DNA of 63,051 bases, filler included, from Olpidium bornovanus S191 (lineage: Eukaryota; Fungi; Olpidiomycota): the NCBI GenBank assembly GCA_017911155.1. It is 31 parts of 31 records of this genome, joined end to end, with 100 filler letters (N's around TTAATTAATTAA, not from the genome) between each part and the next. Parts side by side here need not be neighbours in the genome. Positions count along the whole stretch, not along the records: positions 35,732 to 37,137 come from JAEFCI010009595.1; positions 37,238 to 38,522 come from JAEFCI010003282.1; positions 38,623 to 42,290 come from JAEFCI010006916.1; positions 42,391 to 44,544 come from JAEFCI010003818.1; positions 44,645 to 45,709 come from JAEFCI010005433.1; positions 45,810 to 48,201 come from JAEFCI010004585.1; 25 more parts are not named here. The stretch is one strand, 5' to 3'. Positions 36,578-48,301 of the stretch are shown here, piece by piece. A program made the translations under genes and the position numbers. Each line of letters begins with the position of its first letter. Position 1 is the stretch's first letter. Below the pieces are notes generated by a model. The model saw only the letters and a program-made list of their open reading frames with translations, did not search any database and was not told the origin of the DNA.

Positions 36578-37020
36578 TTCGTGCGGTGTACGGGGAAACC
36601 CCTCCTGCCCCTCCCGGGAGGACAGAAACTCTCCCTCTCTCGCTCTCGCTCTTTCTCTCTGGCGCGCGGTCCCCACCCCGCGTATCGACCGCGCAAGGGA
36701 CCGCGGGTTCGGGCCCCCTCCCGAAGGGGGCCCGTGTGTCGGCGCAACGGCGGACTCAAAGCCCGCAAGGCCGAGAGGACGCCTTTTTGGCGGTGCGGTT
36801 GGGTACACGTGGGCCGCCACCGAACCCCCGTCGGCCCTTCTTGAAAGGGGCGGACGGGGAAAGCCGCGCACCGGCGGGCGCGTTGCGGGGCAGGGCGACC
36901 TGCCGGGCGGGGGAACGCGGACGGTAACAGTCAAAAATCCGGGCCCATCCACCGTTAGCCCGTTGTCGCAGGGCCCCGCCGGCAAAATAGGTGAAGCACC
37001 GCAAAAGCAAGCCGAAAAAC

Positions 37021-37057
<37 letters not shown>

Positions 37058-37299
37058 CCCCCTTCCGACCCTAGGCATAATTTTCCCGGCCCGCGCGGGA
37101 ATTTCCTTCACTGTGCCGGTGGTAATAAAAGTGTGCANNNNNNNNNNNNNNNNNNNNNNNNNNNNNNNNNNNNNNNNNNNNTTAATTAATTAANNNNNNN
37201 NNNNNNNNNNNNNNNNNNNNNNNNNNNNNNNNNNNNNCACCCCCCCCCCCCGCCGCACCCCCGACTTTCTTGTTTTCTCGCCCGAAAAAAGCACATCAG

Positions 37300-38425
37300 A
37301 ACTTCCTGGCGTTTGACAGTCCGACGGGGCCCCTGGCGATATCGGTGATCAAAGACGGAGACCGCGGGTACAAGGCCCTCGTGCGGACCACTAAAGGCAG
37401 CGAGCGGATCTTGGTCCCGGCCGACGCGGTGAAAGAGCCCGTGCTGCGTAAACTGTTTGGGTTGGGCCCGAGCACGACGGCGATCCTACAGTCCGTGAAC
37501 CCCTCCCTGCCCGTCGGCCTCCTCAAGCAGTGCAAAGACACAAACCTGCCAAACGAGCTGCTCGCCATGGAGGAGAGACAAGTTGGTTTCTTTTTTTTTG
37601 GTAGAGCGTGAAAGGGGGAGGAAGGGGGGAGTGGGGGGGGGGTTAAGAATGAGTTGGCGGGAAAGGCAACCTCGCCCGCGGGGCGGTCGGGCGGAATTTG
37701 AGCCGCCGGTCGGCCTTTCCCGATCCTACTTATATAAGTAAATACGGTAGTGTCAATAGCTGAAAAAAAAGGTTCCCTGTTCCTTATAATAAAAAAAAAC
37801 TGCAAAAAAAATCCAGGTCATCCGCAGTTACAAGTTCGGCCTTACCTACCTGGCTAAAGAACAATGCAAAGAGGAGGAAATGTTCCGCAACAGGATGGGT
37901 AAGTCTCGCGTCTGGCCTCCCCGTTCGACGTCCGGCCGCACATTTTGTTTCGTTTCCCCGGGGGGCGGTGCGAGGGGGTGACGGAGAAGGGGGTGCCCTG
38001 AGAAACAAGAAAAAATAAACAAAAATTAAAATCCCCACAAAAACCTCCCCCTTCCTGTGGTGGGCCCCCCCCCCCCCGCGACCCCCCGGCGCGCGCGCGC
38101 AACGCGCGCGACCCTGCAGAAGACACCTCACCCGAGTTCAAAGAGTTCCTCAACTTCCTCGGCGAGACGATCGAGCTCAGGGGCTGGCGAGGGTACCGGG
38201 CGGGGCTCGACGTCGTCCAGGACCACACGGGGAAGCAGTCCGTCTACACAAAGTGGCAGGGCTACGAAATCATGTTCCACGTCTCGCCGATGCTCCCGTT
38301 CGCCGAGAACGACAGCCAGCAGCTGGAGAGGAAGCGGCACATCGGGAACGACATCGTGATCATCATCTTCCAGCAGGAGGGCTCGGTGCCTTTCAAGCTC
38401 GAGACGATCACCAGCAAGCAAAACC
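37300..38425 (+). CDS. Rap/Ran-GAP domain protein, internal exons
   Basis: VIRSYKFGLTYLAKEQCKEEEMFRN|...SPEFKEFLNFLGETIELRGWRGYRAGLDV...IMFHVSPMLPF...QQLERKRHIGNDIVIIIFQ is the RapGAP signature (KRHIGNDIV). Confidence 0.92.
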
Positions 38426-38430
38426 GTGAG

Positions 38431-38502
<72 letters not shown>

Positions 38503-38622
38503 CCCCCCCCCCCCCCCCACCCNNNNNNNNNNNNNNNNNNNNNNNNNNNNNNNNNNNNNNNNNNNNTTAATTAATTAANNNNNNNNNNNNNNNNNNNNNN
38601 NNNNNNNNNNNNNNNNNNNNNN

Positions 38623-39100
38623 AAGAAGGACGAGCACGAGGGCAGCTGCTGCGCGTCAAACCTCCTTGATGTTCAGCCAGACTTCAAGGAAGCAACCACT
38701 GCCATTGTCAAGGCAGTCGAGAAAGCAGGCCAGGTCTTCATGTTGTATCCTAAGTATCATTGCGAATGCAATTTTATTGAACGGTACGCTGCTTCTTGTT
38801 CCGCGTTTTGGGTTAGAAGACGCCCAGAACTGACGGTTATTTTCTGACAGGTTCTGGGGTGCAGCCAAGCGCCTTGCTCGTCAGCAATGCGACTACTCCT
38901 ACAAAGGTCTCTGCGATCGTGTCCCAAATATTATCGACAACATTTCTCTTGCTCAGATTCGGCGCTTTGCTGGGAAAGCCTGGCGATATATTGAGTCATA
39001 TGCAAATGGCCTTGACGTACACCAAGCCGAAGACGTTGAAAGGAAGTTGTGTGCTGAAAAGAATTTCAAGTCCCATCGCCACATCTGCCAGGATGATTAG
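38623..39100 (+). mobile_element. Tc1/IS630-like DDE transposase C-terminus with an intron
   Basis: CCASNLLDVQPDFKE...AGQVFMLYPKYHCECNFIER|GTACGC..CTGACAG|FWGAAKRLARQQCDYSYKGL...IRRFAGKAWRYIESYANGL...KNFKSHRHI* matches the fungal Tc1-like pattern (LPKFHCELNFIE.FWG..KRY.R..CDY). The frame is intact after splicing. Confidence 0.82.
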
Positions 39101-39808
39101 GTAACCCTCCGTGCAGTAACTAAGTCAAATAAATCAATTTATCAATACTTTTGTCAATATATATATTTTCTTCGTGGTATATTCGGGGGAAATTTGATGT
39201 TTCAAATTCGGTCCGCCACCATATAAAACCGATCACTGGTGGCCAACTTCAACGTCTATCTACTTCGTTAAAACTTCACCGATCTGAGATTTGTTTTATA
39301 CAATCTTTCCAGGACACACAGCTCTTCAATTCCTATAGAAAAGAATCCAGACATCTGTCTTTTCTGGTGAGGAGTAGCGGTTGCCGTTCGGGTCCGAAAA
39401 TGAGTCTAAGCTTGTCGCACCATACTATGCAGACCATCAACGGCTTGCCCACCTCACTGTTTGGCCCACTCTTATCTCAGTTCCCCGATTCTCCGTTTCA
39501 CAATTCTGTTCCACGCGCTGTTCGCCCGCCGAATCTCTTGCCGCGAAACGACACCCAAAGAGGGGCCAAACTTGGTCTAACTTTTCATTGACAGCTTCAT
39601 TGACAGTACTTCATGCTTTAAAAAAAAAAAAAACGCAATCCGAAGCGACTCCTGGAGACGTCGATTGAACGGGACGATTGCGCGCATTCGCTGTTTCCAG
39701 AACAAACACGAAAAAGCATTTTTCCCCCCCGCAGCAAAAACTTTTCCCCGTTTGACGGGTTGGGTCGCCCGCGAGGCAACTGAGAAACAAAAAAACGGAA
39801 AAAAAAAT

Positions 39809-39844
<36 letters not shown>

Positions 39845-40224
39845 AAATAAAAAAGAAAACTAAAAGCACAATAAAATAAAAGAGATAAAACAAACACTCG
39901 GAAACCTCCCCGCGAACAAGTCGAATTATTCATGCAGCGGAAAAAAGGGACGGAAAAACCGCAATGCCAGAGAATGCCAATATTGCTATAAAATATTCGG
40001 GGGGGGGGGAGTGGGGAGGAAAGGAAGTGAAAGGGGACGGGACAGAGACAAACGCAGTCATGGGCAAAGACGTGAGGCGCTCAGGTTGAAACAGCCCGGA
40101 ACAGCGGGTAAGAACAGCCGTCAGGAAGAAGGGTGGGGGCGCCCCCACGGCAGCGCAGCGGTCTCTCGCGCGAATTGACGAAAATGCTTATGCACATGGT
40201 CGCGAGTGATGAGTCGCCCTGTTC

Positions 40225-41920
40225 TCACAACAGCACGCACATGCCCCCGCAGCAGTCTTTGTCCCTTCGGTCTCCCGCGGCGCCTCCCGAGCCCGCGGCG
40301 CCGCCGGCGCCGGACGCGCTCCCGCCGCCGCCGTCGTTAGTGTAGCGGCGGATTTCGAGCACGAGATTGTAAAATGCTTCGTCCACGTTGATCTTCCGCT
40401 TGGCGGACGTCTCGATGAATCGGCAATTGAACTGCTTGGCGAGGTCCCGGCCCTCTAAGGAGTCAAGCCAAAACGAAAAAAAGAAAGCAGAATCGTCTAA
40501 TAGGTGGACATGCGATGAGCATAAAAATGGGCGAACAAGGGGAAAACTCGCACGTACCTTGAGTGCTGACCTGCCTCTCGCTTTCAAGGTCACACTTGTT
40601 GGCCACTACGATCACGGGGAAGTAATCCTTGTCCTTCACCCGGAGGATCTGCTGGTGGAAAGTTGCGATCTCATCGAACGAGTTGCGCGAAGTGATGGAG
40701 TAGACGAGAAGAAACCCTTCGCCGGTCCGCATGTACTGCTCCCGCATAGCGCTGCGAAAGAAATGTCGGATCCCAGCCGCTGTGCTGTCAACATGCGAAT
40801 CGGGGGGCTCGGCAGCGGACCCCCCCCCCTCCCCTTTCCGCCCCACCCCTCCATCAGCCAGAGCCAGGTCTTACACACCTGTACTCCTCCTGGCCGGCAG
40901 TATCCAACACGTCTAAAAGCGCCACTTCCTCGTCGATGACGCACTGCTTGCGGTAAGAATCTGTTTTTTTTCGGATTCCGACAGAACAAGATAACCGGGG
41001 TGGTAGATCAGCTAATTGCCGACCTCGCCAGGATTTCGCCGAGATAAACCTTTTGCAAAGTTGACGCCACGAGAGTTGATCCGCGACGTCCTATCGCATC
41101 CAGTCGACAAAGCGGGCCAGTTTCCATCAACAACGACCGTTGGAGTCATATCTGCCCGCATGGGCATCCCCCGCTTCATAAGCACGGATCAACCCCCGAG
41201 GGTACGTCAACGACGGCGTCTTCCGAGCTTCAGCGTCCCGCAAAAAATTCCCGTATTGTGGCATCGTCCGGTTTCCGCGCACCCAATCGCTCGCCGATAA
41301 TGGCGTCCGCAAGCTACGCCCATCACAGAGTAGCACACCTCCCCTTCAAAACGTACCTTCTATCGTTGGGTCATACTCGTCGACGAAGTGCGACTGAATG
41401 AACTGTATCGTCAGCGCTGACTTTCCGACACCTAGCGGGTGACAAACGGCGGCAGAAAGAGTTTGGCTTCTGCTCGTCGCGGTTTTCCGGGGGGAAGGAA
41501 AGGGGGGACTGGCACCCGACAGATCCCCGCGTGCGGTTATCAGAAATCCCAAGCCCCGCTTCGTCTGATTGCTTGACGAGTCAAACCCAGATCCGTTTGT
41601 TTCTCGCGGGTATCACCCGGAGTTTGAGGGGAGGAGGGAACGGGAAGTGGGGCGGAGGCGGGAACACTCCCGCTCCCACAACCTCTCGTTGACGACCGTC
41701 GTAGTGCATCACGAACGCCGGGTACCGGCAACATATCCGTCCCCACTTGCTCCCCCGTCCTGTCCAGTGCGTTCGTGCGAGATCGCTCGGCCTCCTTCGA
41801 TCCGGGGCGTGCTCCTATCCCTCCTTTTTTTCGTTTCCAGTGTTTTTCTTAATCTCGTTCCGTACCTCCCCCTCCGACCACAACCAACTTGTACTCTCGC
41901 AAGAACTGCGCCTTCGACAT
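40225..41920 (-). CDS. RAS1: Ras GTPase, complete, 5 exons
   Basis: [18 protein letters not shown]|[25 protein letters not shown]|[27 protein letters not shown]|[14 protein letters not shown]...NKCDLE...|ETSAK...CCGGMCVLL* (CAAX box). Confidence 0.97.
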
Positions 41921-42240
41921 TGCGGGCGGGGACACCGGCTCGGAGGCGCACGCGGGGGGTGGGGGAGGGGGGGGGAGAGGGGGGGAGGAGGGGTGGGTGG
42001 CCGAGGCTGGCCACCGCTGCCGTGCGGCCTGTGCCGGCGGGCGGAGGCTGCTCTGATGCCCGCCGCCCGGGGAGCCAGGAGTGGGGGGGGTGGTCGCGTC
42101 CCGCCTTGCCGAACGGACTTCGGGGCGGGGGGGGGCTGCGGGATTCCTTTCGGCCGGCGGGGAAAGCGGACGGGCGGGGGAAGAGGGGAAGGGTGCCTTG
42201 ATTCTCTGCCTGGGGGTGGGTGGGAGTGGGCGGTGTGGGC

Positions 42241-42272
<32 letters not shown>

Positions 42273-42390
42273 TTTCCGGGGGGGCTTTGTNNNNNNNNNN
42301 NNNNNNNNNNNNNNNNNNNNNNNNNNNNNNNNNNTTAATTAATTAANNNNNNNNNNNNNNNNNNNNNNNNNNNNNNNNNNNNNNNNNNNN

Positions 42391-43451
42391 GCCGAGTTGT
42401 TGGAGTTCCATTGCGTGAAGACTCACTTGGCCGATGAAGTGTTCCACCGTCTCATTCTCGGCTTGGTGCATGGTCAAAAACTGTGACTTCAGGTGGATCC
42501 TGTTTGCTTTGGAAGCATGACGGTGAATATCTTTGAGGATAGTCCACGCCTCTCTGGCGGTTCTCCCGTGCATGATATGCATTAGTTGGTCATCTTCAAC
42601 TGCAAAGACTAACTCCGCCAAGGTGTCACCGTCTTTTTCCGGATCCAAGTCGGTCATGTCACGTTTGATGTAGAGGTCCAACTTGCGTTCTCTGAGGAGT
42701 AGGCGGATTTGCAGACTCCAGCAGGCGTAGTTCTTGCTGTTGAGCTTGGTGATTTGGCGGCGAGTAGACATGGTGAACCACGGTCTTCGCTGTGAAGCTT
42801 CTGTTCGTGGGCGAAGAACTTCTGTTCGCGTTCGCGGTCTTAGCAGCGGCGGCGGCGACGTTAGCTTTTGTTCGCGGCGGCGGCGGCGTTGAGTCTTCGC
42901 GGCGGCGCGTAGGAACGCAGGCGAAAAGCGCAGCTCGCGGCGGCGCGTGGAAGCACAGGCGGCGGCGCGTGAAGCGCAGGCAAAGAGCTTCTGTTCGCGT
43001 TCGCAGTAGGAGCGCAGGCGGAGGTTGCGCAGATCGCGGCGGCGCGTGGAAGTGCAGGCGAAGAGCTTCTGTTCTCGTTCGCGGTCTTCTGCGGGGCGGC
43101 GCGTAGGAGCGCAGGCGAAAACCTCGCGGGCAAAGGATGCGCAGCTCGCGGCAGGCGGCAGCGCGTGGAAGCGGGGTCTCTTCGCGGCGGCGCGTAGGAG
43201 CGCAGGCGGAGAGCTTTCGCGGCTCGGTTCTCGCGGGCAAATGATGTGCAGCGGATACTCGATCCTCGCGGCAGCGCGTGGAAGCGCAGGCGAAAAGTGC
43301 AGCTCGCGGCGGCGGCAAAGGATGCACAGCTCGCGGTCACTTTGTGCTCATAACCTCTTAGTTTGGACAGGTTATGTGTATTCGTCACGGGAGGAGAAAG
43401 GGGAGGGGTGTACGTTGAGCGGATACAATATTCGATGATTGCTATCTAACA
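42391..43451 (-). mobile_element. 5' end of Ty1/copia element: short LTR, PBS, repetitive leader, gag
   Basis: The LTR candidate 43451-43356 starts TGTTAG. The PBS GGTTATGAGC is at 43355-43346. The gag ORF from 42771 reads ITKLNSKNYACWSLQIRLLL...AREAWTILKDIH...NRIHLKSQFLTMHQAENETVEHFIGQV (copia UBN2-type gag). Confidence 0.85.
42790..43340. repeat. Degenerate GC-rich tandem array in the copia leader
   Basis: Repeated variants of GCGGCGGCGCGT(A/G)G(G/A)AGCGCAGGCGAA and GAGCTTCTGTTCGCGTTCGCG. Confidence 0.85.
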
Positions 43452-44126
43452 AGATCACAAGCCGGACAGTCACCAACAGTTTTCGTCATACTGGTCTGCT
43501 TGAGCAAGAAGAACTGCAGGAAGCAGCACAGGCACCTGTGGAGGATCCTGATGAGCTAGCTGTTGGGCAAGAGCTTCAGGCCGCCATCGATCAACTACCA
43601 CTGCGCAATCCAATGTCTGTCAGAAACCTCCTCAACCCCATTGAGGAGGATGGGGCAGCCCACCCTGAGGTGGCTGATCACGGTATCCTCACTTATGTCC
43701 AGGACGCTGAGGAGCAGGACGACGAGGATCCTGAGAAGGAGATGGTGACACTCACAAAGGTGGACAAGTTTCAGGGAATCGGCTTCTTTGCTTCATGTTT
43801 CCAAACCCAAGCACTGCAATGCCCTTAAAAGTAGCTCGCAAAATGCAGCTTGATCTCCGCTATGGTAGCACTGTCCAACGCACACTTGATTCGTGGATTT
43901 CTTCATAGTTTGGCTCAATTTCCCCTACTTTTGCACTTGCTTCTCCTGACTCCTCTACCACTTTGTTATTTAACGTCTCCTTCTGTTACTTTATATTCTC
44001 CTTCAAAACTCATAAAGTATCAGGTATAAGATTTACGCAGAAGAACGATGACTATGGATGACCAAATCCATAAAGTACCAGAGGTTATTAAAAACTGGGG
44101 GATAAGATTTCAGAGGGATGACTGTA
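43452..44126 (+). mobile_element. 3' part of pogo/Tigger DNA transposon with terminal inverted repeat
   Basis: KITSRTVTNSFRHTGLL...LPLRNPMSVRNLLNPIEE is a pogo C-terminus. The element ends AGAGGGATGACTG|TA (reverse complement CAGTCATCCCTCT, Tigger-like TIR) followed by a TA target dinucleotide at 44125-44126. Confidence 0.75.
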
Positions 44127-44473
44127 GATTCCGGTGACCTCTGGAAAAAGGAATGTTATTTTTTCTTCCTCACCAACTGCTCCCCCCACACCCTTGAACC
44201 CCCTCCCCCCTTCCTCCCTTCCGGAGGGTGGGCAGGCGGCCGGAGCGTGGTGGGAAGGAAGAGTGCTGCAAGGAAACGACCTCCCCTTTAAAAAAAAAAA
44301 AAAAAAAAAAAACAGAAAATAATGTTCCCGCGCCGCGCGTTTGCTGACCGCCTCCGGCTGGTCCCGACGACAAAAAATCGCCGGCCCGCCCACGCCTCCG
44401 TTTGAGGGCGCGGAGATAATGAGGAGTTTGAGGAGGCCGCTGTGGGGGACAAAACGCTCTTTCTTCCCGACCT

Positions 44474-44509
<36 letters not shown>

Positions 44510-44684
44510 CCCCCGGAGTTTTTTCTCCCGAGACATGCGGACGANNNNNNNNNNNNNNNNNNNNNNNNNNNNNNNNNNNNNNNNNNNNTTAATTAATTAA
44601 NNNNNNNNNNNNNNNNNNNNNNNNNNNNNNNNNNNNNNNNNNNNCTGGGGTTGGGGGGGGGGGGAGGGGGGACGGGGGGCTTAC

Positions 44685-45283
44685 TTGCGGCTCAGGTGTG
44701 ACGCTCCCAATCTCCACTATTCCAAAGCCCATGTCTAGCAGTGAGTCAACCGCCTCCCCATTCTTGTCATACCCTGCGGCAAGGCCAATCGGGCTCGACA
44801 AGGTTTTGCCGAAAAGCTGCGTGCATTCAGACGAAACCGTTTCAAAGGCGGAAAGTCAGGCCGCGTCGCGCGGCGCGGGCTGGCCCCAAAAATCAGTCCG
44901 AGCTTCGCTCGTTCTACCTCGACACGCAAGCTCTCAGGCTCGGTCCACGTGTCTTTCGGACACAGTCCGGCCCTTGCGGAACGGATCGACACTCTGTGCG
45001 CGTCCTCCGCGTCGAGCAGGCTGTGCATGAGCGGCATCACCATCCACTTGTAGATGCCGGCCCGTGAGTCACCCGCGTAGGCCACAAAGAAAAGCGTCCC
45101 GGCGGCCCCGGCGACCGTCAGCGCGGCGGCGCTCAGGTTCGCCAGCACGCCCGGGTTCGTCCGGGCGGTAGCCAGAGCGCGTCGGGGGGCGGGCTGGGCC
45201 GCGCCCGCGGGCGACGAGAAGACAAGGGCGGCATGGCGAAGGCGAAAGCGGCCGGCACCGCGCAGCGCTGCAGGGGAGGCCAT
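44685..45283 (-). CDS. URA9: Mitochondrial class 2 dihydroorotate dehydrogenase, 5' part
   Basis: Presequence plus TM segment, [11 protein letters not shown], then [44 protein letters not shown]. Confidence 0.93.
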
Positions 45284-45396
45284 GTGGCAGCCGGCCTGTG
45301 TCTCGCCTAGTGGCGCGGCGTCAGGCGTGACCACCAGGCTGAGCGGTCGGCGGGGCGGCGACGCGGGGGCGTCCGGAGGGGAGAGGGGGGGGGGGG

Positions 45397-45439
<43 letters not shown>

Positions 45440-45862
45440 GGGGGGGGCGTGGTGGGGGTGGGAGCCGTTCTTCTGGTTTCGTCTACGCAGCGGACAGCAG
45501 CCCGCCACGGAAAGGAAAACGTTGGCCGGAGGAAAAAGAAAAAAACAGGCGGCTAAGGACATGTTTCACGCCGGCACGCACGCCATCCATCCCGTGCCTT
45601 AACTCACCGCTCTCCCACCCGCAAATTTTCCGTGGGTTAGGATGAGTTGGCTCCCAAAATTCTTCTTTCGCTGGCAGGTATCACACGCGGAAGCGGCACT
45701 GACTCATGCNNNNNNNNNNNNNNNNNNNNNNNNNNNNNNNNNNNNNNNNNNNNTTAATTAATTAANNNNNNNNNNNNNNNNNNNNNNNNNNNNNNNNNNN
45801 NNNNNNNNNCCCAAATTTTCCCGGGTTTGTGCAAGAAAATTTCAAAAGGGGTATCCCAACAA

Positions 45863-45894
<32 letters not shown>

Positions 45895-46298
45895 CTAAGC
45901 GCGGAGAACAAAACCTCAGTGGGAAAGAGGGAGGAAAGGGGAAGGCGAAATGCGGCTTACGAGAGACCCCGCCGGTGGGGAAGGGAGATGGACCTATCGA
46001 CAGCGAAGTGGCGGGCGGCGGGCGGCGGGCGGCGGCGCGGGATTTGGGGTGTGTGTGTGTGTGGGGTGGGGGGGGGTGTCTAACTGAAAGGTAGACCCCT
46101 CTGCATGTATGGTGACAGCGCAAGAAGCACTTGGCGTAAGATGAGGGGAAGGGGAAGAGAGAGATACGGACGGTAAGGGAAAAAAACGATACAAGTGAAA
46201 GCAAGAGGGGAAAGGAGCGGGGGAAAAAACAACAGAAAAATGCCCAACAAACCCGGCGGAGGGAAGAAAGAAAAAAACAAGCCGAACCGCTGCTATTT

Positions 46299-47762
46299 TT
46301 ACGCCCCCGTCCTGGCCTTTTTCCTGGCGTGTGCCGGCTCGTCTTCTTGGCCTTCGTAAAGAGACGGGCGGCGGTCAGCCACGGCTGCGGCCGCGGCGTC
46401 CTCTTCGGCGAGGCCGGCGGCCAGGGCGGCCGAAAGCGCCTCGGCTTCCGCGGGCGCCAGGTTTTGGATGAGCGCGGAGCCGACCCTCTGCAGCGAAGAG
46501 AGGCCGTCGGTCATCCTCTTCCGCAACGCCACGTTGTCCCTCTGCAGCCGCACCCTCTCGGCGGCGTATGAGTCCGTCTCCCGGCGGAGCTCCTCGTACT
46601 TCCGCCGCTCTTCCTCGAGCTGGGCGCGCAGCTCCAAGTTCGCGGCGCGCTCCTGCTCGGCCCGGTCCTGCAGCTCGCGGACGTAGGCCGCCGCGCGGTC
46701 CAGGATCGCCCGCTTGTTTTTTTCGCAGCCGGGCACCACCGCGACGAGCGCGCTGATCCCCTCGTTGATCCCTTCCCGCCGGCGCCGCTCCACCTCCTTG
46801 TGGAGCTCGCGCCGCTGCCGCGCCTTCTCCACGGTGCTCACCGGGGTGCCCTCCGGCTGCTGGTACTGCCGCGGCTTGTGGTGCGGGCTGTTGGGTACCG
46901 ACGACGGCGTCCGCGGTTCCGGCGTCTGCGAGCCGTGCGGGTGGTGTTCTGTGCTGAGGGCGATTGGTGCTTGGGAATACGCCTGGTCGGACGGGTCGTA
47001 GGGGTCGTGCCCGTTCAGGCTGGGGAAAACCCGCGGGTCGGGAGGGGAGGAAACGACACGCACGCGCGAGGGTGAGCGGCGCGAGCGAGGGAACGCGCGA
47101 GGCCGAAATTTTTATTTTTTTATTTTCGGCTTTCGAACAGGACGATACCCTTCTCTACTTGAGGCGACTCCGTCCGGATCGTCGGACGCGCCGAGGTGGG
47201 CGCTCGCGGAGTCGGGCTGGTAGAACTGGAACTGCGGCGCCACGACGTCCTCGTGCTCCTCCGCGTCCTCTTCCTGCACGTGGTGGTGCGCGTCGGGGTG
47301 GTGGTGATGCTGGTCGTGGTTGTGCTGCTCGTGCGGCTCCTGGTAGAACGCCGCGGCGCTGAGCGCCTTCCGCAGGTGGGGCGTGAGCATCATGCCGCCG
47401 CTGTCCGCATCCCCCTCCTCCGGCACCACCACCACCACCTCCTCGTCCTCCTCGTCCTCCTCGTCCTCTTCCTCCATCGACCGGAGCCCGCGCTCGCCCC
47501 GGCGCTGTTCCGCAGCCGTGGCGGCGGCGGCGAGTTCGATCGCGGCGGTCGCGGCGTAGTCGGTCATCGGGTAGGCGGCCACGTGCGACGTCGCCAGCGC
47601 CTGCGAGAAGCGCATCAACCGGGGGGCGTTCGGGAGGGCCTCCGGCTTTCCTTCGTCGCCGCCCTCCGATGCGGCCGCCTGTGGTTTCGCCGACGTGGTG
47701 GGGGTGGGAAGTACTGGCAGCTTGACCGGCCGAAAAGCGCCGCCTGACCGGGGAGGTTTGAC
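46299..47762 (-). CDS. CBF1: bHLH-zipper transcription factor, Cbf1/USF-like, 5' end missing
   Basis: RRELHKEVERRRREGINEGISALVAVVPGCEKNKRAILDRAAAYVREL matches fungal Cbf1-like bHLH (HKEVERRRRETINEGI...VPGCEKNKG.IL). The upstream exon is acidic and His-rich. Confidence 0.75.
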
Positions 47763-48128
47763 CTGCACGCTTTCCAAAGGCAGAAGAGAACCGGGGTGCG
47801 GGAGGGGGAGGGAAGAGAGATGGAGGGGGGGAAGGATTTGTCCGGGGGAGGCGAGAAATCGGAAGGAGAGGGGGAAAAAAAACAGCGTCAGGCGGGAGAG
47901 CAGTAGGAAAAAAAAAGGAGGCGTGCGCGGGAAAACTGACGGCCGCGCGCCGCCCACCAAGGTGAGGGGCGGTTGCTTTTGCGGCGCAGGCGGAAACAAA
48001 CAACCACGCCGCCGGGGGGGAGGGGAGGGGGGGAAAGTGCACGTTGTGCTTCCTGGCGCAACGCAGAGGGTGGTAACACTGCGGGGCGGCCGGAAGGGAA
48101 GGGGGGGGGGGGGGGGGGGGGGGGGCAA

Positions 48129-48193
<65 letters not shown>

Positions 48194-48301
48194 GGAAAAA
48201 ANNNNNNNNNNNNNNNNNNNNNNNNNNNNNNNNNNNNNNNNNNNNTTAATTAATTAANNNNNNNNNNNNNNNNNNNNNNNNNNNNNNNNNNNNNNNNNNN
48301 N

